A DNA stretch of 8,087 bases from Azolla caroliniana. Taxonomy: Eukaryota; Plantae; Polypodiophyta. Below the pieces are notes generated by a model that worked only from the letters and a program-made list of their open reading frames with translations, made no database searches and had not been told where the DNA came from. Shown here in pieces: positions 1 to 7,830 of the stretch; the first letter of the stretch is position 1; each line of letters starts with the position of its first letter. A program made the translations under genes and the position numbers. Location: contig JBHGNT010001463.1 in assembly GCA_043228905.1 (NCBI GenBank), positions 1 through 8,087 of the forward strand, read 5' to 3'.

Positions 1-310
1 AGATGAAGGTTTAATGGAAAAGCTTCAAACATAGAGGAGACAGAGAGAGCAGAACATAAAACTATATTCAAAAAATAACTCTGAAACTCTGTACATACAA
101 CGTGCTAAACAACACTATTTATACAAGTCCATAAAGGACTAACAAAAGTACTGACAGGTACTTCAATGCTCACACGTGCGACTGACACTAACTGCAAGAC
201 AATGATTACCTAGTAGTCTAGGCTACTACTAGGCTTCCAGTTCCCGCTCAAATCCGGCTCTCCGATCCGGCCGGTTGTTTCCGGATCCGGTTGAGCTTGC
301 TCGCTCAACA
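1..310 (-). mobile_element. LTR of an LTR retrotransposon (5' LTR or solo LTR, copia-like layout), truncated by the window edge
   Basis: The minus strand starts TGTTGAGCG at 310, a canonical TG LTR end. A GC/CCGG-rich U3-like segment follows, then TATAAATAG (115-123), then a TTGTA...TTTTGAATATAG...CTCTCTCT R/U5-like tract. Composition changes sharply at 310/311. There is no polypurine tract upstream on the minus strand (ACTTATTTTT), so it is not a 3' LTR. The superfamily is an inference. Confidence 0.6.
115..123 (-). promoter_or_regulatory. TATA box of the putative LTR promoter
   Basis: TATAAATAG on the minus strand, about 190 nt inside the TG terminus, where the U3/R boundary is expected. 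Confidence 0.45.
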
Positions 311-878
311 AAAAATAAGTCATTACCTATAAGAGTGAAGCAGTGACGAAAATAAGGTTCAAAAAACCATGACAGTGTTACCTACTAAAATAAATGCCAC
401 AAATAAATGGATGGTGCGAAGTAATTGTAATTTGCATAATTGTGACATAAGCCACACATTGATACAAATGGTGGTGGTGTTGTGCGCAAAGATGTCGTAC
501 TCAAATCTATGAGTAAAACATCAATATGGGAACTCATGTGTTTTTAATCGAGTTCTAAGGCTCAATTACATGAGTTAAACTTAGAGGACTCTTTGGAAAA
601 AATATTTAAAATGCGAAATGATGCCCACTCAATACGAAAAAAATAGTCTACACAAAATCATTACCCAATATGGAAACACACGTAAATAGTGTAGATGAAC
701 ATAAAAATTAAGGCTAAAAAAACAATGAAGTGTGGGTGGGTAGATGACAATCATCAGAAAATCTTAAGAAAGGGAAAAGACAAAGACAAATTGTGTAATT
801 AGAAAATACTTAGGATAATAATCAAATAGGTGTATGAAACATTAAGCATGCCTTAAGGTAAGAAACCCTAGGGTAGTC

Positions 879-1114
879 GACATGTGCCTGCTCAAGATCA
901 CAACATTCCATAGAATCAACCAAGTGATGGCTCAAGAGAGACTAGAGTGGCATAGGTAGGGGACATACACCTCGTCAAGACCACCACATCCCATAAAATC
1001 GGCTAAGTGGTAGCTCAAGAGAGAATAAAGTGGCATAGTTAGGCGACATACACCTCGTCAAGACCACAACATCCCATAAAATCAGCCAAGTGATGGCTCA
1101 ATAGAGAGTAGAGT
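879..1114. repeat. 83-bp tandem repeat, about 2.8 diverged copies
   Basis: Units start at 879 (GACATGTGCCTGCTCAAGATCAC...), 962 (GACATACACCTCGTCAAGACCAC...) and 1045 (GACATACACCTCGTCAAGACCAC...), a constant 83-nt spacing. The shared core is CCATARAATC..CYAAGTGRTRGCTCAA.AGAGA.TARAGT. Confidence 0.92.
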
Positions 1115-1315
1115 AATCGAGATTAAATTCATCCTAAGACCTAACATTGTCATTGTAGGCTTTGAAGCACTTTACAACTACTTCCACCCACATCACTAGC
1201 AATAGGGTAGATGACAATTTGGTCCTGCATCACCACCACGGTAAGGAGGTATAACACCAACCAAGAATAAGATGTGCCCTCGATGCTACACAATTGTCGA
1301 AACCCATGCCTCATT

Positions 1316-2430
1316 GGCATCTCCCAAGTCAAGAATCAACCATTGTAAATTGTGCAACACCCATTATGGCTCTACTAGAACTTAAGCATATGAAAGGAGT
1401 ACATAGGCTTCCTACGAAGTCCTTCAAAGAAAAATCAAGCATCCTTTGAAACCTTACAATATTCCAATGCTTGGAGTTTCCGTTTTCTACAACATTATCA
1501 TGGCATTATATTTATGGGAACCAATTTCTCATTATGTTCTATTTTCATGTTGACATACCATGGAGTACATGCATCGATGACAATAAGAGTCTAGGTACAT
1601 GTTCTATTTTCAAAAAGGTCATGGCTATGAGGAATGTAAAGAGGTTGACCCTTCAAATACTCTAGCAAGGGTAACTATTTTTTAATGTGTAAATGGTTGA
1701 CATATAACTAGTAAATCATATCCTATAAGAGAAGTCAATGGATGCCATAAAAGTATGTGCCACCAAAATAGTGCCTAAGATCATCGGTGCTCATTTTAAA
1801 TATGCCAAATGTCTAAGGCATCACCACATTACACTAGGCTCAAAGTCATAAGGTACCCCATGAATATATCTTTGTTATAATTTCAAAGTTTGATATCACA
1901 AAATGTCTTTGCTAACATTGTCACGTGAGATATCATTAAAGAGATGTCATTATCTTGCCAAACTTAAAAATATTGATGAAATACCCCACAATGTTGCAAC
2001 AACTTGCACAAGGCATGATTAACTTGTCGTCCCTCAAAAGGTTACAAGCACTCTTATGACCATTGGCGATGTCCTCAATAACCCCACGACACTCAAAAAA
2101 TATATTGCAATAAGGATCAAGTAACGTTTTTATAATGGTTCGCTTATGAGCCTTCATTAGATGTGTCATCTTTGTATATTGATGAACCACCAATTTCAAG
2201 ATAGAATCAAAACACAAGGTGGGAAATCCCATCGCCTAGTTCTTAACCGTATGTGTTGAGAAGCTATGATAATATATTCTACCTTCTCCCTTTGTTATCT
2301 CTTCAAATTCTCCACTAATCCATTGACAAGTACACATTCATTTTAAAACTCGAGATTTCTCAAGGATTGGGTATATTATGATCTTTTGAAGATTCCCTAC
2401 ATGGATCTCAAAGTTAATTTCCATTGCAAA
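1316..2430 (+). pseudogene. Degenerate pogo/Tigger/Tc5-like (Tc1-mariner superfamily) transposase relic: CENP-B-type HTH + DDE_1
   Basis: Plus-strand fragments occur in the expected order across stops and frameshifts. KNQPL*IVQHPLW (1331-1369) resembles 'PeLEeaLveW'. LQYSNAWSFRFLQHYHGI (1454-1507) resembles HTH_Tnp_Tc5 'FkaSnGWl.rFkkRhgi'. LVVPQKVTSTLMTIGDVLNNPTTLKKYI (2023-2106) resembles DDE_1 'viPggtTsvLQPLDvginkpfK'. KDWVYYDLLKIP (2362-2397) resembles 'eWv.eAw..i'. Recognised by eye only. No TIRs identified. Confidence 0.5.
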
Positions 2431-3189
2431 GAACCCAAAAATTGAAAAACCATAGGACATGATTGATTATCTTTAACAACCTAGAACATGAAAACTTGGT
2501 TGACACGCCAACTTCCAAAACAGGTTTGCAATGTTGATAACGATTTATTAGAGCCTTCAAGAGGTTTCTTTTGATTCCATGATAAAATCTTCTTTCAATA
2601 TAAAACTAACAAGCAAGACAACCAAGGATAGCATAGCCTTCCACGAAGACGCTATATAGATTTCAATATAACAACAATCATTCGCTCACTTAGGTATCTA
2701 CTACTCTTGATAATATTTGAGCCCCATGGAAACATCATCTTTGCATATACAATAAATGCTAGAATCCCAACTTTTGATCAAGAGAAAATTTGGTTCTTTA
2801 ATGTTGCATATGCCATTGATACAGCTCCTCAGCTCTTGGAAATATGCTCAATCTCAGTCTCACCATTCTCATTTTCAATTTTGAGTGGATGGTCGTGGCC
2901 GTAGTTTTACAGAATAACTTATCATGTGGTTAAGATCCTTTTTTAGGTCTTGCTAATCATAAATCCATCTTTTACAACATGATCTTTATACACAAAAAGA
3001 ACAAATGATATCATCTTAAAACAAAATCATACAGATAATCAATCACAAGGACACTCTTTACACGAAATAACAAACAATATTTCATTAGAATGAAATGATG
3101 AAGATCATCACAAGAAAGTATATGAGGAGACTGAAGTGAATCCTCTGGATATGTCAATCCTTATTGCTATATACAAAGAGAGGACACTC

Positions 3190-3195
3190 TTTATT
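3190..3195 (-). promoter_or_regulatory. Candidate polyadenylation near-upstream element (AATAAA) of the metallothionein mRNA
   Basis: AATAAA on the minus strand about 90 nt after the stop codon. Plant poly(A) signals are degenerate, so the evidence is weak. Confidence 0.3.
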
Positions 3196-3283
3196 GTATT
3201 TGAAATCTATTGTGCACACCAATTGAAAAGAAACTTAGCATAGTACATAGGACGCTTATCATAAAAGATTAGTTTGTAGCCCC

Positions 3284-3446
3284 TTAGCATCGGCAAGGAT
3301 TGCATGAGCAGCTGCTTCCACAGCTGCACCCATGCTGGCTCGTGGCCTGAGCATCGGATTCACATCCGCAAGAGCTTCCACACCCGCAGTTGGATCCACA
3401 CCCGCAAGACTCACCGGAGACGGTCACCTCCACCTCCAACTCCATC
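3284..3446 (-). CDS. MT: Metallothionein exon 2 (both Cys-rich clusters and the stop)
   Basis: A GC-rich island in an AT-rich background. One nucleotide completes the Arg codon, followed by 53 codons and TAA (3284-3286). Confidence 0.93.
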
Positions 3447-4221
3447 CTGCTTCATCCATGTTTGCTTAAAAATCTTAGAACCTTTGGCAAAAATATCTTT
3501 TACATACATACATACATACATATAAAGTGTGTCTATTGTTTATGTTACATTAAGTATGAATACATGGCTACGATGATGATTGTCCCATATTGGCCTCGCC
3601 ATCACGTCATACATATAGAATACATGGCGACAATGTTGTCCCATATTGACCTCACCATCATATCAACACACAAATACATACATACATACATACATACATA
3701 CATACATACATACATAAGACATGGCTCTTGCGACATGACGTATTCATTACATAGAAGCTATGTAATGAATCGATGCATCTTTTTGTGTGGTAGAACCATA
3801 AGGATGTAAAATAAAAGCAAAAGAGGAAGGTAAAAAAGACCAGAGGAAAAGTTTTGGAAAGCCTCATCCATGATTCTTGCATATATATGAATGCATTTTC
3901 CATGTGACAGAAACAGTAGGAGGTTAAAAACAAATTAATCAAGAATATGGAAGCCTTTTCATGTGGCAAATCCAACAGCATGTCAAAGAAAAGGTATTTA
4001 AGGCAAGAAGCAAAAGAATTGGAAACCTTTTTCCCAAATCAATTGTAAAAAAGCACCAAAAAAGCAGAACAAAAAGAAAAAAAAAAAAAAGCAACAAAAG
4101 CGATCATGGAACCATTTTCATGTGGCAATAGGATGCAAAAACAAAAGCAAAACAAATAAACAGGGGGAAGTCAAGTGAAGAAGCTCTAACATCACCTGGA
4201 TACACTGTCACTGGAAGACAT
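3284..4221 (-). CDS. MT: Metallothionein-like protein, 62 aa, spliced: join(complement(4196..4221),complement(3284..3446))
   Basis: Spliced translation: MSSSDSVSR|MELEVEVTVSGESCGCGSNCGCGSSCGCESDAQATSQHGCSCGSSCSCNPCRC*. It has 12 Cys in six CxC pairs, and the C-terminal CxCGxxCxCxPCxC is the plant MT hallmark. The ATG context is CCACC-ATG-TCT. The donor AG|GTGATG and acceptor GCAG|G preserve the frame (26+163 nt). A TATA box lies about 165 nt upstream with no intervening ATG. Confidence 0.9.
3501..3522. repeat. (TACA)5 microsatellite
   Basis: Five perfect TACA units plus TA. Confidence 0.95.
3558..3670. repeat. About 60-bp direct duplication (2 copies) in the intron
   Basis: GAATACATGGCTACGATGATGATTGTCCCATATTGGCCTCGCCATCACGTCA at 3558 versus GAATACATGGCGACAATG---TTGTCCCATATTGACCTCACCATCATATCA at 3618. 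Confidence 0.9.
3675..3716. repeat. (TACA)10 microsatellite
   Basis: Ten perfect TACA units plus TA. Confidence 0.97.
4196..4221 (-). CDS. MT: Metallothionein exon 1 coding part (MSSSDSVS + 2 nt)
   Basis: ATG TCT TCC AGT GAC AGT GTA TCC AG|gt. It is the first ATG downstream of the TATA box, and its phase-2 junction fits exon 2. Confidence 0.75.
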
Positions 4222-4384
4222 GGTGGTATTGCTTTGTTTCTGATTAGAAATGTATGAGTTTATTTTGATTGAAAGGAAGGATATGGATGTGTCTTAGATA
4301 TGTCTTTTTGCTCTGTTCCTGTCTGTGTCTCTGTTTTTGTCTTTGGTAAATGATAATGGAGACCTTGGTGCTACCTTTTGGTGC

Positions 4385-4394
4385 CTATTTATAG
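4385..4394 (-). promoter_or_regulatory. TATA box of the metallothionein gene
   Basis: CTATAAATAG on the minus strand matches the plant consensus. A pyrimidine-CA initiator-like CTCCATTATCA lies about 30-40 nt downstream (~4351-4361), followed by an A-rich, ATG-free 5' UTR. Confidence 0.8.
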
Positions 4395-4404
4395 CACTAC
4401 ATTA

Positions 4405-4416
4405 GGCCCAAGCCCA
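4405..4416 (-). promoter_or_regulatory. Tandem site II elements (TGGGCT, TGGGCC; TCP-binding type)
   Basis: The minus strand reads TGGGCTTGGGCC 10 nt upstream of the TATA box and matches TGGGCY twice. Confidence 0.5.
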
Positions 4417-4964
4417 TAACCTTTTTTTCTTCTTCTTTTGAAATTTATTTATTGTTATAATCAAATGTTTTGATTCTTATCCCTTATCTCATTCTTCATT
4501 CCTCTGGGATGATACTCCACCATTTCCGGGTCCTCGGAGGGAGAGATCATGGAGGTCCTACCATACCTAGGGTTTGCTCGTTTGTCCCCACACATACATT
4601 CTTGATTGGTGATGGAAAGATTCGGTATCAATTCCATGAAAAAAAATGGTATTGAATTCTTCATCAAGATTGGTAAACTTTACTCATCACCCTCACATAT
4701 TGATTTGGTAACACGATATCGGATCAAAGTTTATTTGTCATCCTCGGTTATTGGTTTCCACTCAATTGTATCGACACGACTTTTATTGCTACCTTCGAAT
4801 GTCAATTTGATTACAATAGATAACCCTTTATTTGGTACACTCAGACATCGATTCAATAACAGGATTCAAATGTTAAAATCAGACGTATGGAATCAAAGAA
4901 ATAAAAAACCCAAAAAAAGGGCAAACGTGACATAGTCTAGAACCCATTATGTTGAATTGGAATA

Positions 4965-5990
4965 GATTATGACATTGTGAATTTTATCATTCTTCCGAAA
5001 TTGATGATGTTGTAGCCGTGAGGACTTTTAAGACCAAGCAAACAAACGTGGTAATCACTCCCATTAGAGTGGTGTGAAGTGGGGAATGGGAACATTGTTC
5101 GAAAACAATGTTAAAAAGGTTATTTTATGTCTAGCTCATTCTTTAGAGCGTCGCCCTCACGAATGTATTCTTTTAATATGATATTATCAAGTTTGTGCAT
5201 GACAAACACACGCCATTGAGTGGTACCCACTCCTTGAGTACTATAAATTAGCATGTGTAAGCTTGTCGTCACAAGTACCAAATCAATTGGCCCACATCCT
5301 TGAATATGGACGATTTTTCTTGTTTAGTTAGTGCATGTTCTTGATTGAGAGCATAATTAGCTAATGAAAATATTCCCTTACTATAGCTAAAGGATTTGCC
5401 AACCCTGTCATTTTAGCTTCATTCACACATGCATCATATCATAATGAAGCAGTGCTTATACATATTATTAGATGGATACAGATCTAGATACGACGTGCAT
5501 GTTAAGCATCTTATTATATATTTAAATAAGCAATCAATGATAAAACTCAATCTTAAACTAACATTCTCTGTATATCTAACTTGGAAATCAATTGATGAAG
5601 TGAATTGTAAACAACAATACATTATTGACATATTGTGGGTGCAATGATAGGCATTGTGGGCTTCCCTTGCATATTATTTTTCACAACGTATACATTTGTA
5701 ATTGCATGTGTTTGTGTCTAACCAAAACAAAAAACAGGTACCATGATTGAAGTATTTGTTATGGAACGGTCTAAAGAACAAGAGCAACAACTTGCGCAAA
5801 AGATCCACGTGATTTTCTCATCAACACATGATCTCAAGCACAAATATAAAGTGAATCTTTGACTCTTGTGTAACTTTGCCACCATGTGCTTGCATCCACA
5901 AATCTAAGTGAATCTTTATCTGAGAGTTGTGACAAATTTTTCACTCATTCATTGGAATCTAGGGACACTAGAACGTACCAATTTCCAACT
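4965..5990 (+). pseudogene. Degenerate Mutator-like (MULE) transposase with SWIM zinc-finger relic
   Basis: Ordered plus-strand fragments across frameshifts. DYDIVN (4965) is followed by DDVVAVRTF (5003; cf. 'DDa.SVr.w'). KFVHDKHTPLSGTHSL..YKL (5189-5250) resembles 'KfGh..i.lDgTh.tn.yk', the first catalytic D region. TCII/HNEAVLIHII (5427-5469) resembles 'p.ciisD.e.al.nai', the second D region. VHVK (5495-5506) resembles 'C.WHVk'. YIIDILWVQ**ALWA (5618-5662) resembles 'YF...W.....W'. SSTHDLKHKYKVNL..CAC (5818-5893) resembles SWIM 'Y.V.l....C.C'. Recognised by eye. Confidence 0.55.
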
Positions 5991-7256
5991 TGTCCATATG
6001 TTGACCATTATTCCCATCCAAGTAAAACTTTGCCCATTAAAGAAAATGTATCATTCATAACACTTTTGTATTACACATTGTGAGGCATTAAGTCAATAAT
6101 GTGACATATGGCGGATATGTCGTGTCATACAAGCCTGGGAAAAGTCCTCACTTTTGAGAGAGGATATATGTCTTCTTGAGGGATCTACAAGTGTTACATG
6201 TAGTACACATGTAGGAAGAGAGATTGGTGCGCCTGATTTGATTTTAGCCAAGAGTTTGATGAATGATTCATACCCATAAAATGGTCAAAAATAAAGTAGA
6301 AACATGGATCAATGTGAGTAAATGTGGATAATCACTTTAGGTAATGTGATTCTAATAACCATGCTATAAACAATTAAGTCAATATAGGTTGAGGGGCCAA
6401 CAAATAATACTTAAGAAGATGATGTGATTTAAGTCAAAATATGCATCTATTTAAGACATGTGTATCTATATCATAAACTATTGTTAGGGTTTAGGATAAG
6501 GCATAGGATGACCTTATTTATGCTAATAAGGTTAGGGTAACATTATACATGATTTGAATAATATGCAAGGATTGGAAAGAATATTGGGTTTCTATGGTGA
6601 TATTTCCTAAATCATTATGGTTATTTGACACATTGATAATAATATTCATTTGGTGTTGTTTAGTTTAATGGTATATTATATATATGATCACGAGCTTATC
6701 AATTATGTGTGGAAATTTGCAATTAAAAATAACCCATTGTATGGGGTCCCAAGGTTAGACGCGGCCTTTCTATCCAGAGGAGACACCACTTGAATGCATG
6801 TTTTGTCACAAGTATTGTATTTATATGAAGCCGAAAAGGAGCCCAAAAAGTAAACAAATGCAATATATCAATGTGAATGCATTGCCTTATAGATCACACA
6901 CAAAGCCTTAATAGGACTATCCACGTCCTCACATGTGACCCTCAATGAACTACACATAAAGATTGCGAGAATGTGCCTATGGAATCAAAATCAAAGAAAA
7001 TATTGTTTTTGGTATGATAATCATACTACTCACGGATAAAATAGTAAAACGAAAGTTCGGATTGTATTCGAGAGTGTTTGATCATTAGGGATTGAAAAAA
7101 TCATCACGAATATGGGGTTTACATGATCTTCTCTTGTATCATATCCATTTATTTATTGCGAGGGAATTAGTGATTGTGCACACACAAGTGTGAGATGATT
7201 GAATTCAATTACAATTCACGTTGAGCAATAGGTATATCTTTGTCAGTGAACAAATA

Positions 7257-7830
7257 AAGATCAATATATCAAAATGCAATAGTTCACTCAGCATAGTTAC
7301 GTAGAATAGATGAACAGTTTATGCAATCATTTTCTTCAATGTGAACAAATTGGTATGAAATGTCAAAGAAATATTGTGTGTATGTGATTTCACTTCATCA
7401 TATTAGATCTTTCTAGAATTATGTATAGTAGTCGTGTGGATGTGAGGTGCAATTAACATAGACATGAGAAACTTTATGTACATACAAAATCAAGAAATGA
7501 GATTCGAAGACATGACGACATGTTGACAGTTGTATCACTCAACCTCATGAAGTCACATTGGGTGACACTTGTTATGCCAATAGTCATCGCATTCTATCGT
7601 TAAGTACTTGGCAAAAGAAATCTAAAAGGCGATGTTTATAGATTGTGTGGTTTAATTTCTTGGCAAGTCATGAATTTTGTTAGTAAGCACATGATTGTTA
7701 GCTATTCGTCCATGGATTGTTTTGTCAAGTGACGAACATTATCACATGCGGGGCCCAAACTTTTGCACACTTTAGAAAGATGAAAAAGTAAATCAATATT
7801 TTGTTTACAAAGGTGTCACGGTTATTTATA
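7257..7830 (+). pseudogene. Degenerate Ulp1-like (peptidase C48, SUMO protease family) domain, probably carried by the MULE
   Basis: KINISK...RRIDEQFMQSF (7257-7332) resembles 'i.it..dl..L...WLnDevInfy'. VVSLNLMKSHWVTLVM has its His at 7556 (cf. 'ifvPin...HW.l.vi'). QVTNIITCGAQTFAHF has its Cys at 7747 (cf. 'QQ.N..DCGvfv..f'). The His-to-Cys distance of about 64 codons is close to the 66 residues between His514 and Cys580 in yeast Ulp1. Stops and frameshifts are present. Confidence 0.5.

Larger units (their letters stand above)
3447..4195 (-). other. 749-nt GT-AG intron of the metallothionein gene
   Basis: GTGATG...GAAGCAG on the minus strand. The sense strand is strongly T-rich (T14 at 4077-4090), with a CTAAG branch-like motif about 30 nt before the acceptor. 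Confidence 0.75.
4965..7830 (+). mobile_element. Decayed ULP-carrying Mutator-like element (Kaonashi-like organisation); ends not defined
   Basis: MULE DDE, SWIM and Ulp1 relics are co-oriented and in the order known for ULP-bearing MULEs. A CTAAC branch point and CAG acceptor at 5718-5737 precede the SWIM-containing segment, suggesting an intron-containing TE gene. No TIR or TSD found. Confidence 0.45.

Noticed and set aside
879-1114. Possible CRISPR-like array
   Set aside because: Whole units repeat with no unique spacers, and the context is eukaryotic.
738-1218. 14-nt direct repeat GGGTAGATGACAAT at 738 and 1205 flanking the 83-bp array
   Set aside because: It could be a target-site duplication, but no terminal repeats or poly(A) tail are visible between the copies, so no element can be supported.
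1150-2904. ORFs 1150..1332, 1471..1665, 1936..2232 and 2707..2904
   Set aside because: They are short and carry no recognisable domain. Most are antisense or off-frame readings of, or adjacent to, the decayed transposase.
3213-3219. MRE-like TGCACAC (also near 7178)
   Set aside because: One copy is in the 3' UTR and the other is far upstream. The MRE is an animal MTF-1 motif with weak support in plants.
3409-3414. Consensus-like splice donor G|GTGAGT inside MT exon 2
   Set aside because: The nearby downstream AGs I checked give frameshifts that destroy the terminal Cys cluster, and the segment is GC-rich, unlike a plant intron.
3304-3809. Plus-strand ORFs 3304..3525 and 3390..3809
   Set aside because: They are antisense shadows of the GC-rich MT exon extended through stop-free TACA microsatellites (HTYI repeats), with no protein-like features.
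3658-3981. Minus-strand 107-aa ORF
   Set aside because: It lies in the T-rich intron, and its CMYV repeats are a translated microsatellite.
4461-4935. Three overlapping short ORFs upstream of the MT promoter
   Set aside because: They show no motifs or splice/promoter support and are probably chance ORFs in promoter or TE-terminal DNA.
5223-5278. Three GTAC cores (SPL7/CRR1 copper-response motif) about 0.85 kb upstream of the MT TATA box
   Set aside because: A 4-mer is expected often by chance, these lie inside the MULE coding relic, and the sequence alone gives no functional support.
6485-6540. Telomere-like TTAGGGTTTAGG / GGTTAGGG motifs
   Set aside because: There are fewer than two full tandem units, too short to call an interstitial telomeric repeat.
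7089-7150. GLKKSSRIWGLHDLLLYH, faintly like a CACTA Tnp2 motif
   Set aside because: It is an isolated weak resemblance lacking the DxMH core, and it conflicts with the better-supported MULE/Ulp1 reading.
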